Positions 9,423-18,711 of a DNA stretch of 64,000 bases are shown here, piece after piece. The stretch covers positions 6,048,001 to 6,112,000 of the forward strand of contig CBDDPY010000002.1 in the NCBI GenBank assembly GCA_965232515.1. The letters run 5' to 3'. How positions within the stretch are numbered: position 1 is the first letter of the stretch; the number at the start of each line of letters is the position of its first letter. The translations under genes and the position numbers were made by a program. The stretch comes from Alphaproteobacteria bacterium (GTDB taxonomy: Bacteria; Pseudomonadota; Alphaproteobacteria; GCA-2731375). Below the pieces are notes generated by a model. That model did no database searches, was not told the origin of the DNA, and saw nothing but the letters and a program-made list of their open reading frames with translations.

Positions 9423-11107
9423 GCCATTGCTCGCTCCGGCTCTCCAACGGCCTGTCGCCGCACGTTTAGTTGCCCCTCATGCAGGGACACGACCTGGTTC
9501 ACTTGCCAGGCCGGATCGCTGTCGGGGAAGTCTTCGCGCTGGTGCGCGCCGCGGCTCTCGCGACGTTGCAGGGCCGGCAGCGCGACGGCTTCGGCCGTGA
9601 GCGCCATGTTGCGCAGTTCCAGCCAGTCCATGAAGGCGGCGTCGTAGCCGGTGACGCGCGGCGGCTTGCGCTCGGCGATTGCCGCCCGTAGTTCGCGGAT
9701 ACGTTCGAGCGCGGCGGTCAGCCGGCTCTCGTCACGGAACGGACCGACATTGTCCGCCATCAGCGCCTGCAGGTCGGCGATATCGGCCGTGGCGTTGCCC
9801 GTATCGTTCGCCGGCCCAGATGCCTGCAGCACGTCGCGCATGGGCGCGGCGGCGGCATCGGTCCAGGCCTGCGGGCGGCCGCTTGCGGCCCGCGCGGCGG
9901 CGCGGCCGGCACGCTCGCCGAAGACCAACGCTTCGGTGATGGCGTTGCCGGAGAGGCGGTTGGCGCCGTTCGGGCCGCCGATGGCCTCGCCGGCGGCGAA
10001 CAGGTTGGCGACGCCGGTCTGCATGTCCGTGTCCACGCGGATGCCGCCCATGTGGTAGTGGGCGATGGGCGCGACCTCGACCGGCATTTTCGTGAGATCG
10101 ATGCCGTTGGCGGCCAGCCGGTCGATGACGGGCCCGAAGGCGGCGCGCAGATCGGCTTCGGCCACGTGCTCGAAGCTGAGATAGGCGCCGCCGTGCGGGC
10201 TGCCGCGGCCGGCTTCGGCCTCCTTGACGATGGCATAGGTGGCGAGATCGCGGGTGGCGACATACTTGCCGTCCTCGGCGACGCCATAGGCGTCCAGGAA
10301 CTCGGCGCCGTCGGCGTTCAGCAGCCGGCCGCCGAGCTTGTAGCGAAACGGGTCCCACATGATCGGGTCCATGCCGATCAGCCGGGGCGCCAGATGGCCG
10401 ATGGGGAAGAACTGCGGGAACTCCATATCGACCAACTCGGCACCGGCGCGGAGCGCCAGCGCATAGCCGTCGCCGCCCATGTTGACGGACGCGCTGTTGC
10501 GGCGGTAGAGCCGGGTCAGGCCGCCGGTGGCGATGACGACCGCCTTGGCCGCGATGGTTACGGTCTCGCCGGTCGTGTTGTGCAGCGCCATCGCGCCGAC
10601 CGCCGCGCCGTCGCGGGTGACGATGTCGGTGACGCAGAGGTCGCCGACGCGGCGGATGCCGTCGCTTCGGTTGAGCCGGCCGCGCAGCGTCTTAGAGACG
10701 GCCGGGCCGGTGTTGAGGAAATCCACATAGACGCAGCGGCTGACGGAATGGCCTGGCGCCATGACCTGACGGATGCGGTCGCCGTCGCGGGCCCAGCCGA
10801 CCTTCCAGTCGTCCATCTCGAGGATGCGCGTCGGACCCTCCCGGCAGAGAATTTCGGCGAGCGCCGGATCGCAGAGGCCGCGGCCGGCCGCGATGGTGTC
10901 GTCGAGGTGGCGTTGCCAGTCGTCGGGTTCGGCATGGCCGATGGCCGCCGCCACCGTCATCTGTGCCATCACCGTGGCGCCGCCGCGGCCGATCAGGCTC
11001 TTGTCCAGCAGCAGCACGTCGGCGCCGGACCGGGCGGCCGAGATGGCGGCATACATACCGGCGGCGCCGGCGCCGACGATCAGGACATCGGTCTCAAGAT
11101 GGGTCAT
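9419..11107 (-). CDS. SdhA/FrdA/NadB-superfamily FAD-dependent oxidoreductase
   Basis: GAGAAG, HYHMGGI, GANRLSGNA, RRESRGAH; start at MTHLETD. Confidence 0.9.
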   Translation of the reverse strand: MTHLETDVLIVGAGAAGMYAAISAARSGADVLLLDKSLIGRGGATVMAQMTVAAAIGHAEPDDWQRHLDDTIAAGRGLCDPALAEILCREGPTRILEMDDWKVGWARDGDRIRQVMAPGHSVSRCVYVDFLNTGPAVSKTLRGRLNRSDGIRRVGDLCVTDIVTRDGAAVGAMALHNTTGETVTIAAKAVVIATGGLTRLYRRNSASVNMGGDGYALALRAGAELVDMEFPQFFPIGHLAPRLIGMDPIMWDPFRYKLGGRLLNADGAEFLDAYGVAEDGKYVATRDLATYAIVKEAEAGRGSPHGGAYLSFEHVAEADLRAAFGPVIDRLAANGIDLTKMPVEVAPIAHYHMGGIRVDTDMQTGVANLFAAGEAIGGPNGANRLSGNAITEALVFGERAGRAAARAASGRPQAWTDAAAAPMRDVLQASGPANDTGNATADIADLQALMADNVGPFRDESRLTAALERIRELRAAIAERKPPRVTGYDAAFMDWLELRNMALTAEAVALPALQRRESRGAHQREDFPDSDPAWQVNQVVSLHEGQLNVRRQAVGEPERAMA

Positions 11108-11160
11108 GATGCGGATTATAGGCGGATTGCCGCCGACCGGGCAGATCAAGAGGCCGCCAC

Positions 11161-12003
11161 ATGCTCGACCCCAATCTTTCCGTCACGCTCGGCGCGCACC
11201 GCTATGCGGTGAACCGGCGCTGGGGCACGCCGCCGTCCGGTGTCTCGCCGGAGCTGTTGTCGGCGATCGGCGTCGATGGCCAGGGCCGTGTGCATGCGGT
11301 CCGGCGGCTCGATCCGCCGGTGCTGGTGTTCGCGACCGACGGAACATTCGTGCGGACCTGGGGGCAGGGGCAGATCGCCGATCCGCACGGCCTGCACATG
11401 GCGACGGATGGGCGTATTTTGATCGTCGACCGGGATGCGCATCAGGTGCTGGCCTTCGACGCCGACGGCGGGCTGCAGTCGGCTTTGGGAGAGCGGCACG
11501 TGGCGGCGTTCCAGGCGCCGTTCAATCATCCGACCGGCGTCGCCGTGGCGCCGGACGGCGAGGTTTACGTGTCGGACGGCTACGGTAATTCCTGCGTGCA
11601 CCGCTTCTCGGCCGACGGCCGGCATTTGCAGAGTTGGGGCCGGCCGGGCGCGGGGCCGGGGGAGTTCACGACGCCGCACGCGGTCTGGGTCGACCGGCAG
11701 AACCGCGTGCTGGTGCTGGACCGGGAGAACAACCGGGTGCAGGTGTTCGACCGCGACGGCGCATATCTGGACGAATGGCCGGACCTCTACCATCCGATGG
11801 ACGTCTACGAGGATGCCGACGGCTTCGTCTATGTGACCGACCAGATCCCGCGGCTGTCCATGTTCGCGCCCGATGGTACGCTCGTTGGCCGCTGCCGGCC
11901 GGTCTTCAATGGCGCGCACGGCATCGCCGGCGACGCCGACGGCAATCTCTACATGACCGAGATGTCGCCGCCCGGCATCACCAAGCTGACACGGCTGGAC
12001 TGA
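11161..12003 (+). CDS. NHL-repeat beta-propeller, peptidyl-alpha-hydroxyglycine amidating lyase (PAL)-like
   Basis: PHGL, FNHPTGVAV, VSDGYGNS, PHAV, DRENNRVQVF, AHGI. Confidence 0.88.
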   Translation: MLDPNLSVTLGAHRYAVNRRWGTPPSGVSPELLSAIGVDGQGRVHAVRRLDPPVLVFATDGTFVRTWGQGQIADPHGLHMATDGRILIVDRDAHQVLAFDADGGLQSALGERHVAAFQAPFNHPTGVAVAPDGEVYVSDGYGNSCVHRFSADGRHLQSWGRPGAGPGEFTTPHAVWVDRQNRVLVLDRENNRVQVFDRDGAYLDEWPDLYHPMDVYEDADGFVYVTDQIPRLSMFAPDGTLVGRCRPVFNGAHGIAGDADGNLYMTEMSPPGITKLTRLD

Positions 12004-12040
12004 CGGTCAGGTCTCAGCACACGTTTGCAGGAGCAGCTTC

Positions 12041-12334
12041 ATGACGATCTATGTCATCCTCGACAACGAGATTCACGATGCCGAGGCCTACGACCGCTAC
12101 AAGGCCGCGGTGCCGGCGCTGGTCGCCAAGCACGGCGGGGAGTATCTGGCGCGCGACGGCGCTTTCGACGTCATGGTCGGGGACTGGAAGCCCAACCGCA
12201 TCGTCATCTTCAAATGGCCGAGCCGAGAGGCGCTGAACAACCTGATGAGCGATCCCGAATATCTGCCGTGGAAGGAACTGCGGGAGTCGGTAACCACGAC
12301 CAACAATCTGATGATCGTGGACGGGATCGACTGA
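12041..12334 (+). CDS. DUF1330 family protein
   Basis: D-x3-Y-x2-Y...KHGGEYLAR...GDW...IVIFKWPS...PEY pattern. Confidence 0.88.
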   Translation: MTIYVILDNEIHDAEAYDRYKAAVPALVAKHGGEYLARDGAFDVMVGDWKPNRIVIFKWPSREALNNLMSDPEYLPWKELRESVTTTNNLMIVDGID

Positions 12335-12335
12335 G

Positions 12336-13349
12336 CTAACCGGCGGCCGTCGTTTCGCTGTTCAGACCGGCGCCGGCGGCGAAGCGGTCGGTGCGGTAGT
12401 CGTGCACGCTGACCGGCGCATACTTCGCCGGGCGTTCAGCGCTCTGGCAGGTCGGCAGGCATTCGACCATGGCGTCGTAGTTGGGGCCGACGAAAAAGCC
12501 GATGGACAACCGTTCACTGCCGGCTTTCAGGTCGTCCGGCGGCAGCGCGACCCGGTGCGGCGTCGAGACCCAGCGGTCGTTGGTCCAGCGCATCATCAGG
12601 TCGCCGAGATTGACCACGTAGGTCTCCGGGATCGCCGGCGCGTCGATCCAGACGCCGTCGCGGCGGCGCACCTGCAGGCCGCCGGGCGCGGCTTCGTTGC
12701 GCAGCAGTGTCATCATGCCGAGGTCGGTGTGCACGCCGCAGCGCAGCTGGTCCGGCAGCACCTCGCCCGCGATCGGCGGGTAGTGCAGCAGGCGGAGCTG
12801 GCTGGTGTGCCGGTTGAGCCGGCTTTGGAAGTAGTCGTCCGGCAGGTCGAGTGAACGGGCGAAGGCCCGCGCGATGAGCTCGACCAGGTGCTCCATTTCG
12901 GTCCAATAGGCCAGCATCGCCGGGCGCAAGCCGTCGGGCGCATCCGGCCAGAGGTTGGGCGCAAAGCTGGGATAGGCGCTGGGACCGGTGTAGTAGGGCG
13001 TGTCCGGCACGTCGTCCGGGCCGATGGCGAAGACCTCCTTGACGTCGGGCGGCGTGTCGCCGCCGTGCATCCGCGCCAGCGTCTCCTCGCCATAGGGGAT
13101 GTAGCCGCGGTTCTGATCGTCGCGCGGCCGCCGCACCGTCATCTTCTGGTCGAGCGAAAGGTCGAAGAAGGCCATGGCCCGGTCGTAGAGCCGCTCGGCG
13201 GTCGTTTCCGGCACGCCGTGGCCGGCGACGACGAAGAAGCCGATCTGCTCGCAGATCAGGCCGAGCTGCCCGGCGACGGCGTCCTGCGCTGTGCGGTCGT
13301 CGCCGCGGAATGGCGACAGGTCGACGATGGGAACGCGATCGAGATCCAT
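12336..13349 (-). CDS. Isopenicillin N synthase family 2OG-Fe(II) dioxygenase
   Basis: VPIVDLS, GFF, HTD...H facial triad (STPHRV), R-x-S. Confidence 0.92.
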   Translation of the reverse strand: MDLDRVPIVDLSPFRGDDRTAQDAVAGQLGLICEQIGFFVVAGHGVPETTAERLYDRAMAFFDLSLDQKMTVRRPRDDQNRGYIPYGEETLARMHGGDTPPDVKEVFAIGPDDVPDTPYYTGPSAYPSFAPNLWPDAPDGLRPAMLAYWTEMEHLVELIARAFARSLDLPDDYFQSRLNRHTSQLRLLHYPPIAGEVLPDQLRCGVHTDLGMMTLLRNEAAPGGLQVRRRDGVWIDAPAIPETYVVNLGDLMMRWTNDRWVSTPHRVALPPDDLKAGSERLSIGFFVGPNYDAMVECLPTCQSAERPAKYAPVSVHDYRTDRFAAGAGLNSETTAAG

Positions 13350-13415
13350 GACGACACCCCTCGGCTGCCCAATGCCCGAATAGCCTTGAAGTATCCGGGG
13401 CGGCGTTGCCGGGCG

Positions 13416-14792
13416 TCAACCGTCGGCGAGCGGGGCCTGCGGTTTGTAGCCGGTCCAGGCGAACCAGTAGGCGATGTGGCCGCCGAGGCGGACGAGGCGC
13501 GTGCCGTCCGCGCCGATCAGGCCTTCCTCGTCGATCTGCCAAATGCTGCCGTCGCCGGCGTCGCGCAGGCTGCCCTCGCCGGCGGCCTCGAAATCGCGGC
13601 CGCCGGCGTCGTAAGCGCGCACCGTGCGGGTGGCGGCGTTGCCGATCAGGACCACGTCGATTTCGCCGACGCTGTCGTTCAGCACCTTGCCGCCCTCGAA
13701 GTCGGTGAGACGCCATGCCTTCTCGGCCAGGCCGACGCGGAGCGCGAAGACGTAGTCCTTGGGATTGAGCGCCTGGTCCAGGACCACGGCGGGGAACATC
13801 AGGTCGGGACTGGCGAAGTATTCGCCGTAGGGCCGGCCCGGCTCGTAGACGCGGTTGAAGCCGGTGTTGAGCGACAGCACCTTGGTGTCGGGATGCCGCG
13901 TCAGCCAGTCACGCCAGCTCGTGATCGTCACGGGGCGGATCTTCAGCTCGATGCCGGAACCGGTTAGCTCTCCGACCACTGGCCGGCCGGTGAACTGGTT
14001 CCAGAGCGACTTGGTTTCGTGGTCGTACATCAGCTTGTTGGATCGGTAGAGGAAGCCGGAGGAGCCGAAGACGAACGGCAGCTGGCGCGGCGGCACGGTG
14101 GTCTCGTAGAGAATGCCCGAGCCGCAGAGCGTGCAGTAGGCGAGCGCCACCGGCACGCCGCCGATGATGTCGTTGAACATCTCGTGCCAGTCGAGCATCC
14201 GCAGGGGATAGGCGCGGGCGTCCCCGTTGATCTCGACGCCGAACACCAGCTCGTCGTCGGTGATGTAGCTGGCCTCGGCCGGCGAAATCAGTTCCGGATT
14301 GTTCAGTGCGGGGATGCCGTCCTTGACCACGCCGCCCCAGGCAATTTCCTCGAGCCGGATCTCATGCTCGACGCCGCGCCAGAGGAACTCGCGGAAATGC
14401 GGGTCGATCCGCGCCATCAGGTCGGCCTTGAAGCCGTCGAAGCCCTCGAACGGCTTGATCTCCGGATGCGCCTGCTGCCACAGCATCCATTGATGCCAGT
14501 CGCCTTCGAGATATTCGCCGGTCAACGCCGAGAGCGCGCGGCTGAGCGCGCCATCGTCGGGCACGAAGCGGAGCGCCTGGATCAGCGCCGGCACCACGTC
14601 TTTCTCGCCGCGGCGGACCAGCAGGCCCAGCGCCAGATCGCGTTCGCCGGGGTTCGGCGAGAAGACCTGCCGGACGAGGATCTCGACCTGCTCCGGCGTG
14701 ACCTTGGGCTTGCCTTCTTCCGCCGTCGCGGCGACGACGGGTGTCGCCAGAATGACCGTCGCGGCCAGGCCGGCACGAATCGCTCGGAGCAT
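13416..14792 (-). CDS. Exported DUF3179 family protein
   Basis: Signal peptide; WGGVVKDGIPAL, RAYP, WHEMFND, YCTLCGS, SGFLYRSNKLMYD, YWFAW. Confidence 0.88.
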   Translation of the reverse strand: MLRAIRAGLAATVILATPVVAATAEEGKPKVTPEQVEILVRQVFSPNPGERDLALGLLVRRGEKDVVPALIQALRFVPDDGALSRALSALTGEYLEGDWHQWMLWQQAHPEIKPFEGFDGFKADLMARIDPHFREFLWRGVEHEIRLEEIAWGGVVKDGIPALNNPELISPAEASYITDDELVFGVEINGDARAYPLRMLDWHEMFNDIIGGVPVALAYCTLCGSGILYETTVPPRQLPFVFGSSGFLYRSNKLMYDHETKSLWNQFTGRPVVGELTGSGIELKIRPVTITSWRDWLTRHPDTKVLSLNTGFNRVYEPGRPYGEYFASPDLMFPAVVLDQALNPKDYVFALRVGLAEKAWRLTDFEGGKVLNDSVGEIDVVLIGNAATRTVRAYDAGGRDFEAAGEGSLRDAGDGSIWQIDEEGLIGADGTRLVRLGGHIAYWFAWTGYKPQAPLADG

Positions 14793-14868
14793 GTCTACGC
14801 CTCCGCTGTTTGCGCTCTAACCTAGGCGCGGGCGCGGCGGTTGCCAAACACGACCGTTCACATCGCCA

Positions 14869-15615
14869 TCAGTCCGCCGGCGCGCGGTGGTCGGCGAGCT
14901 CGGTCTTCGGCAAGCCGGTCGGGCGTTCGTCGGCGATTTCTTCGATCATCTTGGCCAGGATCGCCTCGGCGAAGTTCGCCCGCGTTTCGGCGACCATGAC
15001 GAAAGCGCCCTGACCGCCGATGACGTCACGATCGTAGTGGGCGTCGAGCGGCATGCCGCCGGGGCCGGGATAGCCGCCGCCCGGCGATTTGATGACGAGC
15101 GCGTTGATGGTGATGCCGTCGGCCAGCGCCTCGGCCCGCGAAATCGGCAGCGGCCGGCCGCCGATCTGCGGCCCGTCGCCGGATATGTCGATTACCAGGC
15201 GCGCGCCGTCGATGCCGTTGCCGCGGATCAGATCGGCGGCATGGTCGATGGCGCCGCTGATCGAATTGTAGCCCTGGGCCACGCGCGGCGCCGCCATCAG
15301 CTTGTCGGCGAAGGCCTGGGCCGAGGCGGCATCGCTGATCACCATCCAATCGACAATGGTGTGCTGCGAGAACGGGCCGCCCCATTCCACATGTGCCAGC
15401 GCAATGCGGCCGTGATAGCCGGACTGGATCGCGGCGAGCACGCCCGGACTGGTGATGGCGGCGGCGTAGCCGGCGCGCTGGAGCTGGAATTCCTGGTCAT
15501 CGATCGAGCCGGAGCCATCGGCGGCCAGCACCAGCTCCAGGTCGACGCGTTCGGCGACGGCCGGGCCGGCCAGCAGGCAAAAACTAGCGAACAGGGCGGC
15601 AAGAGATGTTTTCAT
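14869..15615 (-). CDS. DUF1194 family exported protein (vWA-like)
   Basis: Signal peptide, VDLELVLAADGSGS, VIDISGDG, ITINAL, VIGG. Confidence 0.9.
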   Translation of the reverse strand: MKTSLAALFASFCLLAGPAVAERVDLELVLAADGSGSIDDQEFQLQRAGYAAAITSPGVLAAIQSGYHGRIALAHVEWGGPFSQHTIVDWMVISDAASAQAFADKLMAAPRVAQGYNSISGAIDHAADLIRGNGIDGARLVIDISGDGPQIGGRPLPISRAEALADGITINALVIKSPGGGYPGPGGMPLDAHYDRDVIGGQGAFVMVAETRANFAEAILAKMIEEIADERPTGLPKTELADHRAPAD

Positions 15616-15692
15616 CGTCTACGGCTCCGAAGGGATTACGATGGTCGCAAGGTTATGTTGCGATGCGCGCGTGACAAAGAAAGGGGTCGGAT

Positions 15693-16151
15693 ATGTCCGA
15701 GATCAAGACCGAGCTGCTGTTCACCATCACGCTGACGGTGGAAGGGCCGACGCCGCTCGGCGATACGCCGTTCGGCGATCGCCGCATCGCGCTGGTCACG
15801 GGCGGGACGTTCGAGGGACCGAAACTGCAAGGCACCGTGCAGCACGGCGGCGGCGACTGGCTGCTGTTCCGCAACGACGGCGCGACGCAGCTCGATGTCC
15901 GGGTCACGCTGGAGACCGATGACAATCACCTGATCTACATGACCTATCGCGGCATCCGGCACGGTCCGGACGCGGTCATGGCGCGGCTGAACCGGGGCGA
16001 GGCCGTGGATCCGTCGGAATACTATTTCCGCACCGCGCCGTTCTTCGAGACCTCGTCCGGCAAATACGGCTGGCTGAACCGCATCGTCGCCGTCGGCACC
16101 GGCGAGCGCCGGCCCGAGGGGCCGGTCTACAGGGTCTACGAAGTGCTTTGA
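15693..16151 (+). CDS. DUF3237 family protein
   Basis: GDRRIALVTGGTFEGP, GGGDW, YYFRTAPFFET, YGWLN. Confidence 0.9.
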   Translation: MSEIKTELLFTITLTVEGPTPLGDTPFGDRRIALVTGGTFEGPKLQGTVQHGGGDWLLFRNDGATQLDVRVTLETDDNHLIYMTYRGIRHGPDAVMARLNRGEAVDPSEYYFRTAPFFETSSGKYGWLNRIVAVGTGERRPEGPVYRVYEVL

Positions 16152-16309
16152 GCCTCGGCCGCCGGCGCGTCGCCGCCCTCGGCTTCTGACTGGGCCGCAT
16201 CATGCTTCCGCCGTTTGCAGGCGGACATGGCGGCGACGGCAAGCAGGCCGACGCCGATGCCGGCGGCGAGATGTGCGGCGGCGTTAAGACCGAGCCTGAC
16301 AAGCATCAT
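16136..16309 (-). CDS. Putative 57-aa single-helix membrane peptide
   Basis: MMLVRLGLNAAAHLAAGIGVGLLAVAAMSACKRRK...; ATG overlaps upstream stop (ATGA); GGGGAGA RBS. Confidence 0.6.
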   Translation of the reverse strand: MMLVRLGLNAAAHLAAGIGVGLLAVAAMSACKRRKHDAAQSEAEGGDAPAAEAQSTS

Positions 16310-16422
16310 TTGTCTCCCCGTTTGCGGGCTTTTCGGGCCCGACAGGCGGCGCAACCGAGCGCCACGCCGACGGCCGCGCCCTTCACGAACGCGGATGTGG
16401 CGACGAGATACGACAGGATCAT
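16306..16422 (-). CDS. Putative 38-aa single-helix membrane peptide
   Basis: MILSYLVATSAFVKGAAVGVALGCAACRARKARKRGDK; AAGGGAGG RBS. Confidence 0.6.
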   Translation of the reverse strand: MILSYLVATSAFVKGAAVGVALGCAACRARKARKRGDK

Positions 16423-16501
16423 GGGCCGACCCTCCCTTTGGACCAATCCTGATGTGATAGGTAAGGGGATGCGCGCGAAAGTGAAGGAGGCGAGGCGCCC
16501 G

Positions 16502-16792
16502 ATGTTGGAACTACGACCGAACTGCGAGCATTGCGACAAGGACCTGCCGCCGGACAGCACGGCGGCGCGCATCTGCACCTTCGAATGCACCTTCTGCGCC
16601 GATTGCGTCGAAAGCGAGCTGCACAATGTCTGCCCGAACTGCGGCGGCGGTCTGGTGGCGCGGCCGATCCGGCCGAAGGCGATGCTTGCGAAGGCGCCGG
16701 CATCGACCAAACGCGTGCACAAGCCCATCGACGCGGCCAAACACCACGACTTCTTGCAACGCTACCGCGATATGCCGCCGGAGCAGCGGTAA
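16502..16792 (+). CDS. DUF1272 family Cys-rich protein
   Basis: MLELRPNCEHCD...ICTFECTFCADC...CPNCGG...RPIRP; AAGGAGG RBS. Confidence 0.92.
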   Translation: MLELRPNCEHCDKDLPPDSTAARICTFECTFCADCVESELHNVCPNCGGGLVARPIRPKAMLAKAPASTKRVHKPIDAAKHHDFLQRYRDMPPEQR

Positions 16793-16820
16793 TCGATCGA
16801 CGCACCGATTCCAGCTGCCG

Positions 16821-16906
16821 CTGGATGCCCGGATCAAGTCCGGGCATGACGGATAGGGGCAAATCGGAACAACATCGTCATTGCCGGGCTTGACCCGGCA
16901 ATCCAG
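16821..16906. repeat. Inverted REP dimer, family B (CGTC-tagged palindromes)
   Basis: CTGGATGCCCGGATCAAGTCCGGGCATGACG - 24 nt - CGTCATTGCCGGGCTTGACCCGGCAATCCAG. Confidence 0.85.
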
Positions 16907-16927
16907 GGACGGACTTGTGGCGGCCGC

Positions 16928-18517
16928 CTATTGCACCTGTTCCTTGGTGGCCAGGAGCTTGATATCGGGCCAGTCCTTGGCGGTGCTGTCGAGGTGCCAG
17001 CCGTTGCGGGCGAGGAAGACCATCTCGCCGGCGTGATCTTCCGCTAGAGCGGCACGGTTGGCGTCGCTGAATTTCTTGAGCGCCACTTTGTCCGGCGCCT
17101 CGACCCAACGGGCGGTGTGCAGCGAGGTCGGCTCGAAGCGGACGGGGATGTCGTATTCCGTGCGGATGCGGTCGGCGAGCACGTCGAACTGGAGCGCGCC
17201 GACGACGCCGACGATCCAGTCCGTGCCGATCGTCGGTTTGAACACCGACGCCGCGCCCTCCTCGGCCAGTTGCTGTAGCGCGCGGCCGAGATGCTTTGCC
17301 CGCATCGGGTCTTCCGGCCGGACGTTCTGCAGCAGCTCGGGCGCGAAGCTGGGGATGCCGGTGAAGCGGATCTCCTGGCCCTCGGTCAGCGTGTCGCCGA
17401 TGCTGAGATTGCCGTGGTTCGGGATGCCGATGATGTCGCCGGCCCAGGCTTCCTCGGCGATTTCACGGTCCTGAGCCAGGAACAGCACGGGATTGTGCAC
17501 GTTCAGCATCTTGCCGCTGCGCACGTGGCGCATCTTCATGCCGCGCTTGAAATGGCCCGAGCAGAGCCGCATGAAGGCGATACGGTCGCGGTGCTTGGGG
17601 TCCATGTTCGCCTGGATCTTGAAGATAAAGCCGCTGACCTTGCCGTCGCCCGGCTCGATCGCGCCGTTGAGCGTCGGCTGCGGCCTGGGCGGCGGGGCCA
17701 GCTCGGCGAGGCCCATGAGCAATTCGCGCACGCCGAAGTTGTTCAACGCGCTGCCGAAATAGACCGGCGTCAGGTGGCCTTCGCGGTAGGACTGGAGATC
17801 GAATTCGGGACAGAGGCCGCGCGCCATCTCGACCTCCTCGCGAAGCTGCGCCACGGCATGCTCGGGCAGCAGCTCGTCGAGCTTGGGATCGTCCAGGCCG
17901 CGGCATTCGATGCCCTCGTCGACGGCGCCGTTCTTGCCGCGTTCGACCAGGATCAGCCGGTCGCGGAACAGGTCGTAGCAGCCGAGGAAATTCCGGCCCA
18001 TGCCGATGGGCCAGCTCGCCGGCGTGACGTCCAGCGCCAGCGACTGCTCGATCTCGTCCAGCAGGTCGAAGGGATCGCGCGCCTCGCGGTCGAGCTTGTT
18101 GACGAAGGTGATGATCGGCACGTCCCGGAGGCGGCAGACCTCGAACAGCTTGCGGGTCTGGCTCTGGATGCCGCGGGCGGCGTCCAGCACCATCACCGCC
18201 GAGTCGACGGCGGTCAGCGTGCGGTAGGTGTCCTCGCTGAAATCCTCGTGGCCCGGTGTGTCCAGCAGATTGAAGGTGCGGCCGGCATAGTCGTAGGTCA
18301 TGACCGAGGAGGCGACGGAAATGCCGCGCTCGCGCTCGACCTTCATCCAGTCGGAATGCGCGCGCCGCTGCTCGCCGCGGGCCTTGACGGCGCCGGCAGC
18401 CTGAATGGCGCCGCCGAACAGCAGCAGCTTCTCGGTCAGCGTCGTCTTGCCGGCATCCGGGTGCGAGATGATCGCGAAGGTGCGCCGGCGCGCGACGGCG
18501 TTGGTCAAATCAGACAT
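16928..18517 (-). CDS. prfC: Peptide chain release factor 3
   Basis: RRRTFAIISHPDAGKTTLTEKLLLFGGAI, DTPGHEDFSEDTYRTL, NKLD. Confidence 0.98.
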   Translation of the reverse strand: MSDLTNAVARRRTFAIISHPDAGKTTLTEKLLLFGGAIQAAGAVKARGEQRRAHSDWMKVERERGISVASSVMTYDYAGRTFNLLDTPGHEDFSEDTYRTLTAVDSAVMVLDAARGIQSQTRKLFEVCRLRDVPIITFVNKLDREARDPFDLLDEIEQSLALDVTPASWPIGMGRNFLGCYDLFRDRLILVERGKNGAVDEGIECRGLDDPKLDELLPEHAVAQLREEVEMARGLCPEFDLQSYREGHLTPVYFGSALNNFGVRELLMGLAELAPPPRPQPTLNGAIEPGDGKVSGFIFKIQANMDPKHRDRIAFMRLCSGHFKRGMKMRHVRSGKMLNVHNPVLFLAQDREIAEEAWAGDIIGIPNHGNLSIGDTLTEGQEIRFTGIPSFAPELLQNVRPEDPMRAKHLGRALQQLAEEGAASVFKPTIGTDWIVGVVGALQFDVLADRIRTEYDIPVRFEPTSLHTARWVEAPDKVALKKFSDANRAALAEDHAGEMVFLARNGWHLDSTAKDWPDIKLLATKEQVQ

Positions 18518-18604
18518 CGTTCAGGTCTGTTACGTTGGCCGGCCGCAACCTAGCGGCTTTTACGGCTTATACCAATCGGTGATGCCGTACACCGACATCG
18601 CATG

Positions 18605-18704
18605 TTTCGAGACGGGCCCTTCGGGCCCTCCTCAACATGAGGTAAGAGACTGATATTGAACACAAACCTCACCCTGAGGAGGCCGCGCAGCGGCCGTCTC
18701 GAAG
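18605..18704. repeat. Inverted REP dimer, family A
   Basis: Arms 18605-18642 and 18667-18704; 24-nt AT-rich spacer. Confidence 0.85.
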
Positions 18705-18711
18705 GGGCGGC

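Noticed and set aside
13416-14792. Selenoprotein candidates (DUF3179; also the glutathione peroxidase at 49323)
   Set aside because: Both have Cys codons at the redox motif and no in-frame TGA
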